Translations under genes and position numbers: made by a program
Notes under the pieces: model-generated
The model's input: only the letters and a program-made list of their open reading frames with translations
Database searches by the model: none
What the model was told of the DNA's origin: nothing
Part shown: in pieces, positions 28,738-48,370 of the stretch
How the letters are laid out: each line of letters begins with the position of its first letter
How positions within the stretch are numbered: position 1 is the first letter of the stretch
DNA from: the human T2T-CHM13v2.0 reference genome, Homo sapiens
Assembly (NCBI RefSeq): GCF_009914755.1
Contig: NC_060948.1
DNA: 64,000 bases
Strand: one strand, 5' to 3'

Positions 28738-28900
28738 CTTCTTCTGTCCATTCATGTGTCTGTCCATCTGTTTATCTATCCATCTATCTATCTATCATCT
28801 AACTATCTGTCCATCCATCCATCCATCCATCCATCCACCCATTCATCCATCCACCTATCCATCTATCAGTCCATCCATCCATCCATCCGTCTATCTTATG
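27940..28900. repeat. Long degenerate (TCTA)n/(TCCA)n microsatellite
   Basis: About 960 bp of TCTA/TCCA variants. Confidence 0.95.
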
Positions 28901-29339
28901 CATCACAGCTGGACCATGCAGAAGACAGAGGGCTGAGGAATGGGAGCTTCTGGTGAGGTCTGTGGGTGCAGCCATGAACCCCTCCAGTTAATGTGACTGT
29001 ATTGGGGAGAACTGGCACCACTGAGGGGGAAGTTGTAGCTGTGAAGAGTGCAGGACCCAGTGGTTGTTGTTGAAGACCACCTGTGTACGATCTGAGGTAC
29101 AGCTGGAACACTCGGGTGACGAGTTCCTCACTGAAGGTCAATTTGGACCATCCCAAGAGTCCCCTTGGCAGCACAGAGAGATACTGATCTCCCACAGCAG
29201 GTGCAGAGAAAGTAAAAGACCAGGAACAAAGTGTGCTGGGCACTGTCTGATGTCAAACCCCAGCTAACGGGCAGTATCAGGACATGATGGACACCACCTC
29301 AAGACGTGGGATGGGGTGTCCTGGTATCTGCAACTTTGA

Positions 29340-31592
<2,253 letters not shown>

Positions 31593-31754
31593 CCCCTCAC
31601 TTCTTTAATAAGACCCTGATTTCCTTTACAGGATCCTGCCCCAACCCAGGGGATGAACCAGGCAGGTCGATCTGTTCCCCATTTCTGGTAGCCAAGCTTC
31701 AGACTTGGTAAAGTGTGTGGGAGAAGCATGGCAAAAGAGGAACAGGGAAAAAAC

Positions 31755-32320
31755 TATCTTTGCCCACACCCTCCCTTTCTGCTAGGAATGCCATCTTGAG
31801 AATGTGATGTCCAGAGCTTCAGCGGCCACTTTGTGAATATGAGAAAACTCTGCCATGCCCATGCCCTCATTTCCTGCTAGGGATGCTTTATTGAGGGTGT
31901 AATATCTGGAGCTTCAGCAGCCACTTTGTGACTATGAGAAAACTCTGTTGTGCCCATGGCCTCCCTTCCTTCTAGGAATGCTCTCTTGAGGGTGCGATGT
32001 CCGGAGCTTCAACAGCCACTTTGTGAGTATGAGAAAGCTCTGTTGTGCGCGTGCCCTTCCTTCCTGCTAGCAATGCTCTCTTAAGGACATGATGTATGGA
32101 GCTTCAGTAGCCACTTTGTGATTGTAAGAAAACTCTCTTGTGCCCACGGCCTCCTTTCCTGCTAGGAATGCTCTCTTAAGGGCGTGATGTCCGGAGCTTC
32201 AGCAGCCACTTTGTAAGAATATGAAAACTGTGTTGTGCCCATGCCTTCACTTCCTGCTAGGAATGCTCTTTTGAGGGCAGGACATTCAGAGCTCCAGCAG
32301 CTGCTTTGTGACTATGAGGC
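31755..32320. repeat. VNTR, 6 diverged copies of ~95 bp, probably from an old LTR fragment
   Basis: ctag(g/c)aatg-type anchor at ~31781, 31877, 31971, 32066, 32161 and 32256; unit contains gatgtccggagcttcagcagccactttgtga. Confidence 0.9.
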
Positions 32321-32359
32321 ACACTGTCAGACTGTGAGGTGTTACCATGCAGGAGGATG

Positions 32360-32570
32360 TCATTACCTGTTCTTTATTTGCATTACTGTTCTTTTATCTG
32401 CATTACCTGTTCTTTTATTTGCATTACCTGTTCTTTATTTGCATTACTGTTCTTTTATTTGCATTACCTGTTCTTTATTTGCATTACTCTCTGTTCTTTG
32501 TTTGCATTACTGTTCTTTTATTTGCATTACCTGTTCTTTATTTGCATTACTCTCTGTTCTTTATTTGCAC
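32360..32570. repeat. Minisatellite, 10 copies of 20-23 bp (CATTACCTGTTCTTTATTTG)
   Basis: Copies start at 32361, 32381, 32401, 32422, 32442, 32462, 32482, 32505, 32525 and 32545. Confidence 0.95.
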
Positions 32571-32854
32571 GAACGGCCTAGATTTCTCTGCCTGCATCAC
32601 TGCAGCAAACACTCCACGGGACTTTGGCAGGAGCAAGAAATATTCTCACTTCACGTCTCCTCAATTCCTCCCAGCCATTTGTGCCGCTGTGATGATAGGT
32701 CTGTGGTAAGGAATATTCCTTCTCCCCAGGCTGCAGCAGATACCTGGAACAGGCATTCCTCGTAGTACTTCTGTTTGCTACTTTTCATCTCTAGGAATGG
32801 AGTGGAGAAATCACCTGCCCAGGTGTAGCCATACAGAGTAGTTAATGAAGTTCA

Positions 32855-33522
<668 letters not shown>

Positions 33523-34042
33523 ACAGCATACCTCCTGCATTCATTTGTTCCAGCGCCAGGCACAATGAGGTACTGTTCATATCCTAAGTTATTTCTCTTC
33601 CGGCAAAGAAGAGATGCCGACTTATGTTTTATTAGGTAGCTCATAAATTACCTTTTCTTAGGCGACTGCAACTCTGACATCTCACGTGCATTCTTGTCTA
33701 GACCAGCGCCTCTTTTCCTTCCAATTTCTGTAAGGGGGTCTTTTTTTTGCCAATCGTGCATCAGCCAGCTACCCATTTAAGCAGCTTCTCAGAAGCCCTT
33801 TCAAGTTCTGAAGCGTCTGCTAATAACACGGTCTTCCGTCGAGGCTGTGTCTCCAATCATTCTTTCCAACGCAACCATCTTCCTTCTGCTCACATAACAT
33901 ATGTTTGTTATCATGTAACACTCGCAGCCTGTTGGAGCAGCCCGTCATCTGCAACCCAGAGCTGCTCAACTGAACGCTGTCCAATGTCATTTACGCCGGA
34001 TTTTAAATGCATTTTTCCTCTAGCACTCTTGGCTCTTTTAGG

Positions 34043-34047
<5 letters not shown>

Positions 34048-34088
<41 letters not shown>
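34048..34088. repeat. (CT)n microsatellite
   Basis: Pure CT run. Confidence 0.95.
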
Positions 34089-34093
<5 letters not shown>

Positions 34094-34360
34094 TTTCGCC
34101 TTGTACATGATTTCCTTTGTTTTATGCATGTTGGAAACTCAGACCTTTTTGCAAGAATTCCATTTACCAAGATGCAGACAGCAATCATAAAAGATGATGC
34201 TGGCTTTCAGAATGGAAAAAAAAAATTACAAAAGAATTCTTCAACATTTAGCCATGTCATGACTGATTTTTTTAAATGCAATCATTTTCCATTTGTCTTT
34301 AACGCTAGCATTTTTACAAGTGGGTTTAAATATTTGATAGATTTATATTTTAAACCTTTT

Positions 34361-34806
34361 AGGCCGGGTGTGGTGGCTCACGCCTGTCATCCCACTACTT
34401 TGGGAGGCTGAGGCGGGTGAATCACCTGAGGTCAGGAGTTCGAGACCAGCCTGGCCAACATGGAGAAACCACACTGAAACACCACCTGGCCAGGCACAAT
34501 GGCTCACGTCTGTCATCACAGCACTTTGAGAGGCCGAAGCAGGTGGATCACCTGAGGTCACGAGTTCAAGACCATCCTAGACAACATGGTGAAACCCTGT
34601 CTCTACTAAAAAAACAAAAATTAGCCAGGTGTGGTGGTGGGCACCTGTAATCCCAGCTACTCAGGAAGCTGAGGCAGGAGGATCACTTGAGCCCGGGAGG
34701 CGGAGGTTGCAGTGAGCCAACATCTTGACACTCCACCCCAGGCTGGGCAACAGAGAAAGACTCCATCTCAAAAAAAAAAGAAAGAGAGAAAGAAAGAAGA
34801 AAGAAA

Positions 34807-34886
<80 letters not shown>

Positions 34887-35220
34887 CGGGAAGGGAAGGA
34901 AGAAAGGAAGGACGGAAGGAAGGAAGGGAGAGAAAGAAAGAAAGAAGGAAAGAAAGAAAGAAAAAGAAAGAAAGAAAGAAAGGAAGGAAGGAAGGAAGGA
35001 AGGAAGGAAGGAAGGAAAGAAAGAAAGAAAGAAAGAAGGAAAGAAAGAAAGAAAAAGAAAAAAAACCCAGCATATCTCCTGCATTCATTTGTTCCAGTGC
35101 CAGGCACAATGAGGTACTGTTCCAATCCTAAGAGCCGAGATCATGCCACTGCATTCCGCTTGGGTGACAGAGAAAGACTCCATCTCAAATAAATGAATAC
35201 ACAAACAAATAAAATAAACT
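34361..35220 (+). mobile_element. Alu left arm plus an Alu carrying an inserted copy of 33160-33588
   Basis: Alu breaks at gcagtgagcc (~34717) and resumes at gagccgagatc (35132). Confidence 0.85.
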
Positions 35221-35678
35221 ACCCTCCTATTGACGTTGACTAGTCTACGTCTTTCTGGGTAGTGCCTTCACTCCTCTCTGACCCTTAGTGAACACCTTTA
35301 GCAATCTGTAATCAATATATTTGTAACGAATCACCATCAGCTGTCCATGGTCCCAGTCGTGACTCCCATTGAATTTAAGGGTGAAGATGCCCCTGTTTTC
35401 TGAGGGATCTCTTCCTCCTTGTGCCTTCTGTACCAAATCAAAATGTCCAATCTCAATGCCGGGGCTGGGATCATTGATGCTTACCACGTGGGTTTCTAAC
35501 ATAGACTGTGGGTTGCATTTTTCTAAAATACATGGTCCAACAGCGTTTAAGGTCACCGTCATTGCCCCTAAACCCACAGAGTGAGGCATAGAACACAGGA
35601 TCAAATGCACAAACCCGTGCACACACACACGCATGCACTTCTTTTCCTAACTACATGAGAAAAATCATTTGGTGCTTA

Positions 35679-36240
<562 letters not shown>

Positions 36241-36359
36241 AAAGAAAAACAAAGGAAGGTGTGGTTATGAGAGAGCAGCCTAAACATTTGGGGGAACATC
36301 CTAAATCCCAGCAGCAGGGGAAGAAAGGCCAGGTGAGAGGGTTTTTTTCTGCACAGAAG

Positions 36360-37061
<702 letters not shown>

Positions 37062-37084
37062 TAAAATAGTCACAATTATCAAAT

Positions 37085-40000
37085 AAAAACTTGTACAGGG
37101 GTATTCATAGCAGTGGTATTCACAGTAGCCAAAAAGTAGAAACAGCCTTACTGCCCATCTATGAATAAATGGGTAAACACAATGTGGCTTATCCATGCAA
37201 TGCAATATTATAATGGAATATTATGCAGCCTGGAAAAGGAACAAGGCTCTGACAAGAGGCTGCAACATGAATGCATCTTTGGAAACAGCCCTACTGCCCA
37301 TCTATAAAGGAATGGATAAACACAGCATAGCTCATCCATGCAATGCAATATTATAATGGAATATTACGCAGCCTGGAAAAAGAAGAAGTCTCTAACAAAA
37401 GGCTGCAACATGAATGAATTTTTGGAACAACCCTATTGCCCATCTATGAAGGAATGATAAACAGAGCATGGTTCATCCATGTAATGGAATATTATGCAGC
37501 CTTGAGAAGGAACAAAGCTCTGACAAAAGCTGCAACAGGAATGAATTTTTGGAACAGCCCTACTGCCCATCTATGAAAGAATGGATAAACACAGCATGGT
37601 TCATCCATGTGATGCAATATTATAATGGAATATTATGCAGCCTGGAAAAGGAACAAGGCTCTGACAAAAGGCTGCAACATAAATGCATTTTTAGAAACAG
37701 CACTACTGTTCATCTATGAAGGAATGATAAACACAATATGGTTCATCCATGCAATATTATAGTGGAATATTATGCAGGCTGGAAAAGGAACAAGGCTCTG
37801 ACAAAAGCAGCAACATGAATGAATTTTGGAAACAGCCCTACTGCTCATCTATGAAGGAATGGATAAACACAGCGTGGTTCATCGATACAATGGAATATTA
37901 TGCCACCTGGAAAAGGAATGAGGCTCTGACAAAGGCTGCAACATGAATGAATTTTTGGAAACAGCCCAATACCCATCTGTGAATGAATGGATAAATACCA
38001 CGTGGTTCATCCATGCAATGCAATATTATAATGGAATATTATGCAGCCTGGAAAAGGAACAAGGCTCTGACAAAGGCTGCAATGTGAATGAATTTTTGGA
38101 AACAGCCCTGCTGCTCATCTATGAAGGAATGATAAACACTGCATTGTTTATCCATGCAATGGGATATTATGCAGTCTGGAAAAGGAACAAGGCTCTGACA
38201 AAGGCTATGACATGAATGAATTTTGGAAACAGCCCTACTTACCATCTATGAAAGAATGATAAACACAATGTGGTTCATCCATGCAATATTATAGTGGAAT
38301 ATTATGCAGCCTGGAACAGGAACAAGGCTCTGACAAAGGCTGCAATGTGAATGAATTTTTGGAAATAGCCCTAATGCTCATCTATGAAGGAGTGATAAAC
38401 ACAGCATCCTTTATCCATGCAATGGAATATTATGCAGTCTAGAAAAGGAATAAGGCTCTGACAAAAGACTGCAATATGTATGAATTTTGGAAACAGCCCT
38501 ACTGCCCATCTATAAAGGAATGGATAAACACAGCATAGTTCATCTATACAATGCAATATTATAATGGAATATTATGCAGCCTGGAACAGGAACAAGGCTC
38601 TGAGAAAGGCTGCAATGTGAATGAATTTTTGGAAATAGCCCTAATGCTCATCGATGAAGGAGTGATAAACACAGCATCCTTTATCCATGCAATGGAATAT
38701 TATTCAGTCTAGAAAAGGAATAAGGCTCTGACAAAAGACTGCAATATGTATGAATTTTGGAAACAGTCCTACTGCCCATCTATAAAGGAATGGATAAACA
38801 CAGCATAGTTCATCTATACAATGCAACATTACAATGGAATATTATACAGCCTGGAACAGGAACAAGGCTCTGACAAAGGCTGCAATGTGAATGAATTTTG
38901 GAAACAGCTCTACTGCCCATCTGTGAAGGAATGATAAACACAATGTGGTTCATCCATGCAATATTATAATGGAATATTATGCAGCTTGGAACAGGAACAA
39001 GGCTCTGACAAAAGACTATCATGAATGAATTTTTGGAAACAGTCCTACTGCTCATCTATGAATGAATGATAAACACAATGTGGTTCATCCATGCAATGCA
39101 ATATTATAATGGAATATTATGCAGCCTGGAACAGGAACAAGGCTCTGACAAAGGCTGCAATGTGAATGAATTTTTGGAAATAGCCCTACTGCTCATCCTT
39201 GAAGGAATGATAAACACAGCATCGTTTATCCATGCAATGGAATATTATGCAGGCTGGAAAAGGAATAAGGCTCTGACAAAGGCTGCAACATGAATGAATT
39301 TTGGAAACAGCCCTACTGCCCATCTATGAATGAATGGATAAACACCACATGATTCATCATGCAATGCAATATTGTAATGGAATATTATGCAGCCTGGAAA
39401 AGGAACAAAGCTCTGACAAAGGCTGCAACGTGAATGAATTTTTGGAAACAGCCCTACTGCTCATCTATGAAGGAATGATAAACACAGCATTGTTTATCCA
39501 TGCAATGGAATATTATGCAGTCTGGAAAAGGAACAAGGCTCTGACAAAGGCTATGACATGAATGAATTTTGGAAACAGCCCTACTTACCATCTATGAAAG
39601 AATGATAAACACAATGTGGTTCATCCATGCAATATTATAATGGAATATTATGCAGCTTGGAACAGGAACAAGGCTCTGACAAAAGACTGTATCGTGAATG
39701 AATTTTTGGAAACAGTCCTACTGCTCATCTATGAAAGAATGATAAACACAATGTGGCTCATCCATGCAATGCAATATTATAGTGGAATATTATGCAGCCT
39801 GGAACAGGAACAAGGCTCTGACAAAGGCTGCAACATGAAAGAATTTTTGGAAATACCCGTACTGCTCATCTGTGAAGGAATGATAAACACAGCATGGTTC
39901 ATCCATGCAATGGAATATTATGCAGCCTTGAAAAGAAACAAGGCTCTGACAAAAGCTGCAACAGGAATGAATTTTTGGAAACAGCCCTGCTGCTCATCTA

Positions 40001-40425
40001 TGAAGGAATGGATAAACACAGCAGCAGTATTATAATGGAATACTATGCAGCCTGGAAAAGGAACAAGGCTCTGACAAAGACCACAACGTGAATGAACCCT
40101 GAGGACATCATGCTCAGAGAGAAGAGCCAGGCACAAACACAAAAGGACACACAGTGTGTGATTCCCTTTCAATGAAATGTGCTGAACAGGCAAACCCCTA
40201 GAGAAAGATAGTGGAATTTTGGGTGCTAGGGCCTGGGGAGGAGAAATGGGAGTGACTGCTCAACATGTACAGGGTGCGCTTTTGGGAGTGATGAAAATGT
40301 TCTGGACCTAGAGATTGGTGATGGTTGTACAACATTGTGAATGGACTAAATGTCACTGACTCATTCAGTTTAAAACGGTTATAAAGCTGAATTTTATATA
40401 TATGTATTTTGTCATCATAAAAAGA
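37085..40425 (+). mobile_element. L1MB-like 3' region hosting a large VNTR
   Basis: Begins aaaaacttgtaca...ttcatagcag...cacagtagccaaaaagtagaaac; resumes after the array at gaaccctgaggacatcatgctcag and continues to the L1M 3' terminus. Confidence 0.8.
37140..40085. repeat. L1-derived VNTR, ~22 copies of 127-142 bp with a ~268-270 bp dimer
   Basis: gaaacagcc-type anchor recurs ~22 times; spacing 38362/38632, 38490/38760, 39177/39445 and 39304/39572. Confidence 0.95.
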
Positions 40426-40485
40426 ATGTACATTCTGAACTTTCTTTTTTAACAGGTGAGAGGTTGGGTAAAGAATCTTCCAGAA

Positions 40486-40821
<336 letters not shown>

Positions 40822-41090
40822 TCACTCTTGCTGGTTGACTTAGAATCCAACTTTTTTTTTTCTTTTTTTTCCCAAATGCAATCCAAAAATACAAGCTGAA
40901 ACTGGCCACAATTGCCCCTTATAAAGTGCGGTTGGCATAACAGAGTTGAACTTCCATTTTTATTTACTTATTTTCATCATACCCAGAACGATTTATGCGG
41001 TTTCACATTTAGACATCCAAAGGGCGCTAGCATTAAAGTGCTTTGTGCTGAATGTTGTTGTAATTCGGAGGGGTTGGGGGCGTTGACTGG

Positions 41091-41263
41091 CGTAATTGAC
41101 CCTCTAACCCGTAATTGACCCTCTAACTTCAAACACATTTTATTTATAATTTTTATTTATTTATTTATTTATAAAATAAAATTTTATTTATAAAATGTGT
41201 TTCATTCACATTGCTGTCTTTGTCGGAAACTTGTTCCTTTTCCAGGCTGCATAATATTCCATT
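41091..41263. other. Rearrangement scar: 19-bp duplication, AT hairpin and inverted VNTR-unit copy
   Basis: cgtaattgaccctctaac x2; aaacacatttt...aaaatgtgttt; reverse complement of 41201-41263 matches the VNTR unit. Confidence 0.8.
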
Positions 41264-41406
41264 AAGAGTCTGCGGTTTCTGTGAAGGTATAGCCCAAAAA
41301 GGTGTAACAAAACAAAATGAAGTTCAGAGCCGTAATCACAGCCCAGAATGCTGGTGTTCACTTTGGCCCCATTAAGACTCTAAGATGTTTTGGTGGGGAG
41401 CCCTGA

Positions 41407-42863
<1,457 letters not shown>

Positions 42864-43129
42864 TGACAAAAATGTCACTTTTCCTGGGAGCTGGTGGCAC
42901 CAAATGACTGTTGACAAATTCTTTCAGGGTGAAATTGAGCCGGTTGTCACCTTCGGTCACCAGCAAATAAGCCAGTGTGACAGTTGTCACGTCTTCCATA
43001 GGCCTTAGCTCAAAGCAAATGTGGCTTGCTGTTTTCGTGGCCTGGTACAACCCTGACCATCTCCCCGTAAAATCCGCCCTCCTCTTTGGGGCCGGAGGAA
43101 GACCCTGTCCCTTTTCAAACCTCATAGCA

Positions 43130-43464
<335 letters not shown>

Positions 43465-43492
43465 CTTCTTACGAATTATGGTTCACATATGA

Positions 43493-43971
<479 letters not shown>

Positions 43972-44447
43972 TAATTTTAATTTGTATAGATTTAAGGGTT
44001 CCAGTTGCAGTTTTGCTCCACGGATATTGTGCGTGGTGGTGAAGTCTCTGCCTTCAGCATCACCAAAGGTTTTGTTCAGTCCTCAAATCATTGATTCCAG
44101 GTACTGTTTAAAACCATTTTTTCAGGATAAATGTTAACTTGTTAAGTAAAGTAAGGCTAAGCAGGGGAAAAAAGAAAAACACCTTTGGACTCAAAAGAGG
44201 CATGATGTATTTTATATCACGTTCTGCCTGATGGAGGGAAACTAATATTTCTATGCTTATGCTTTGGAGGACCAGGTGAAGCCCCAGAGCGGACGCCCAT
44301 CAGTGTGTTAGAGGCTGTTTACTGAGGTCCTACCATGTGCAAAGTTCTGAGTGGCAGGTTGTGAGGAAGAATGAATGACTTGATCTCTGAAAACTCATGT
44401 CCCTACTAGGCTAATCCAACACGGGACAGATACAGAAAGGAGATACC

Positions 44448-44834
<387 letters not shown>

Positions 44835-45784
44835 TCAGGTAAATGGGGTTTTGCAGACTGCATAGGAGTTTGCCAGGGAGACTTAGGAGAGTTTGTGGAG
44901 AGGGATCAATACTTGCAAACGCTTAGAGGTGTGGTTGTGGGCACCTTTAATGGGAATAGCAGAAAGGGGGTTGTATGAAGACAGAATCAAAGGGAATGTT
45001 ATTATTTCTTCCAACAAAGCAGGTACCCCCCAAATCAGGGCATTTTTCCTTATAGTTGTTCTTATTTTAATTTGTCCTCCCAGGCTCTGCCGTTAGGACT
45101 CTCGGCTCTTGAGTCTTAATTTTTGTCTTCATTTTTATCTTAATAGTTATATATATATTTAAGATGTTAGTTAGGTATTCTTAATACCCCAATACAATTT
45201 TATAGTTAATTTTTTTTCAGGGGGGTTAGGTAGAGGTCCCTTTTAACACTCTAATGCAATCTGTCCAACCGTCACCAATATATAAACAGAGACATTAAGA
45301 ATAACGGAAACCCATCGCTTCTCCCACCCCATCCAGCCCTCTGCGACGCTACCCACCACCCAAGGTGACTCTGTGTGCACTTTGATATCCTTCATTTTCT
45401 GAATTTCCTTTGTTACATCACTTTATTGCATTTCTCTATTTTAATTGTCTCTAACTTTATGAAAAGTGTATATCATGCTCTATGTAATTTTTTGAGACCA
45501 GCATTTCCCACTCAAAACGTCATTTCAAAGATTCATCCATACTGAGTTTCTGCTGTCTCTTCATTTTGGTGACACCGTAATATCCCAGCGGGTGAAATAT
45601 TCCACGACTTATGGATGCATCCTTCTGCCTATGGGCATTAGGTTATTTCCTCGTGGAAACAGGAAAATGGAAATAGGAATATTTCTATGGGGTATTTTGG
45701 GGCAGGGCTACTGTAAACATTTTTAGACATATTACGTGATGGGCAAATCAGGACTGCCGTGAGACACCCTTTTCACACCAATAT

Positions 45785-46608
45785 TGAAAGACAAGACTAG
45801 CTGGATGTCCTAGGCTGACTCAGAATTCCTAAGCCTCGCTGGGGACGGTGACCGCACCCACCTTTAAACACGGGGCTTGTAACTCAGCTCACACCCGGCC
45901 AATCAGGTAGTAAAGAGGGAGCTCACTAAAATACAAATTAGGCTAAAAGCGGGAGGTAAAGAAATAGTCAAATCATCTATCACTTGAGAGCACAGTGGGA
46001 GGGACAATGATTGGGATATAAACCCAGGCATTTGAGCCGGTTTGGGTCCCCTCCTGTTGGAATGGGAGCTCTGTTTTCACGCTATTAAATCTTGCAACTG
46101 TACACTCTTCTGATGCATGTTTGTTCCCGCTCGAGCTGAGCTTTCGCTTGCCGTCCACCACTGCTGAACGCCGCCGTTGCAGACCCACCTTTGAGTTCCA
46201 CCCCTCCGGATCAGGCAGGGTATGTGCTGTGCTTCTGATCCAGCGAGACGCCCGCTGCGGCTCCCAATCATTGTTCCTGAGTGGCTAAGTGTCCGGGTTC
46301 ATCCTCATGGAGTTGAACACTAGTCTCTGGGTTCCACGGTTCTCTTCCGTGACCCACGGCTTCTAACAGAGCTACAACACTCACTGCATGGCCCAAGGTT
46401 GCATTCCTTGGAATCCGTGAGGCCAAGAACCCCAGCGCAGAGAACAAAAGGCCTGCCGCCATCTTGGGAATGGCCGGCTGCCATCTTGGGAGTGGCCGGC
46501 CGCCATCTTGGGAGTGGCCCGCCACCATCTTGGGAGTGGCCCGCCACCATCTTGGGAGTGGCCTACCCCCATCTTGGGAGCTGTAAGAACAAAGACCTGC
46601 CTGTAACC
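45785..46608 (+). mobile_element. HERV-W LTR17 solo LTR
   Basis: tgaaagacaagactagctggatgtcctaggc...cctttaaacacggggcttg...ccaatcaggtagtaaagag; TATA gggatataaa at ~46013; attaaa at 46085; 4-bp TSD atat at 45781 and 46609. Confidence 0.92.
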
Positions 46609-46832
46609 ATATGATTGGCAAAAATGTTAAAAATGAAGAATTCTGACAGTCACAGATGTTGCCATAGGTGGCAAAGATTGGCTTTCCTCAACATCGTAGG
46701 GCGAAATGTCCGTCTCGACCACCATTTTGGAAAGGGTTTGGCCTCATCTTATAAAGCTGAGAAACACGGGTTCCCCAGCCCAGCAATTGTACTCTGGGTG
46801 TGTCCCCAAGATGAACTCCAGCCTTTGGGACT

Positions 46833-47190
46833 TGTCAGAGGCACTGGAACCGGAACAACTTCGGCTTGAATAGGGGCTGGGTAAAATGAGGCTGAGACGT
46901 ACTGGGCTTCATCCCCAGATGGATAAGGCATCCTAAGCTGCAGGATGAGACAGGAGGTTAGCACAAGATACAGGCCATAAAGACCTTGCTGATGAAACAG
47001 CTTGCAGTAAAGAAGCTGAATGAAACCCACTGAAACCAAGATGGCAATGAGAGTGACCTCTGGTCATCTTCACTGCTACACTCCCACCAGCGCTAAGACA
47101 GTTTACAAATGCCATGGCAACGTCGGGAAATTACCCTATATGGTCTAAAAAGGGGAGGCATGAATTATCCACCCCTTGTTTAGCATAAAT
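46833..47190 (+). mobile_element. MER41A/B-type LTR, 5' part only
   Basis: tgtcagaggc...tgaataggggctgggtaaaatgaggctgagac...ttacaaatgccatggcaacgtc...tatatggtctaaaaagggg. Confidence 0.85.
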
Positions 47191-48370
47191 TCCTTCCTGG
47201 GGGCTCCAGGTGTCCTCCCTCTCTAGGGGTCTGGAATGGCATCCCTGGGCTTGTGGCCGCATCACTCCAGTCTCTACCTCCACTCACAGGTTCTTGGGTT
47301 AGAATATGAATATATCTTTTTTGGGATACATAGTTCAATCCACTTCTTAAGTATCAAGTTCTCTCTGGAGGCTCTAGGGAGGATCCTTTCTGCCTCTCCC
47401 AGCTCCTGGGGGCTCCAGGCATCCCTGGGCTTGTGGCCGCATCACTCCAGTCTCTGCCTCCATCTCCACGTGGCCTTCTCCTGTGTGTCTGTGTCTCCTC
47501 TTCTGTCTCTTAAAAAGACACTTGTCATTGCATTTAGGGTCTACCCTACTCTACTCCAGGATGATATCATCCCAAGGCCCTTCACTTTATCACATCTGCA
47601 GAGACCCTATTTCCAAATAAGTTCTTACTCCAGGTTCTGGGCTTTCAGATGTGGACAGATCTTTCTGGAGGCCACTGTTCAATCCAGTACAATTGTATCC
47701 AGTTCCCTCTGGAGGCTCTAGGGGAGGATCCTTCCTGCCTCTCCCAGCTCCTGGGGTCTCCAGCATCCCTGGGCTTATGGCCCCATCACTCCAGTCTCTG
47801 CCTCCATCTCCACGTGGCCTTCTCCTCTGTGTCTGTGTCTCCTCTTCTGTCTCTTACAAGGGCACCTGTCATTGGATTTAGGGCCACCATACTCCAGGAT
47901 GATCTCATCTCAAGATCCTTTTCCTAAGCACATCGGCAAAAACCCCTATTTCCAAATAAGGTCTCATTACCAGGTTCTGGGCTTTAGGATGTAGACGTAT
48001 CTTTTTGAGGGATCACTGCTCAATCCATTCCAGTTGTATCCAGTTCTTTCTGGAGGCTCTAAGGGAGGATCCTTCCTTCCTCTCCCAGCTCCTGGGGGCT
48101 CCAGGTGTCCCCGGGCTTGTGGCCACATCACTCCAGTCTCTGCCTCCATCTCCATCTCCTCCATCTCCAGGTGGCCTTCTCCTCTGTGTCTGTGTCTCCT
48201 CTTCTGTCTCTTACAAGGACAGCTGTCATTGGATTTAGAGTCCACCTTAATCCAATATGACCTCACCATAACTTGACTAAAACTGCGAAGACCGTATTTC
48301 CAAAGAAGGTGATGTTCACAGATTCTGAGTGGATGTGAATTTTGGAGAGGACGCAATTTCCGTCCCCTGC
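47190..48370 (-). repeat. Tandem ~345-bp repeats of an MLT1-type LTR segment (3 copies plus a partial)
   Basis: tctggaggctcta...ggatcctt...cctctcccagctcctgggg at ~47362, ~47707 and ~48048. Confidence 0.85.

Noticed and set aside
27918-28936. ORFs up to 313 aa rich in S/I/Y/L
   Set aside because: (TCTA)n microsatellite translation
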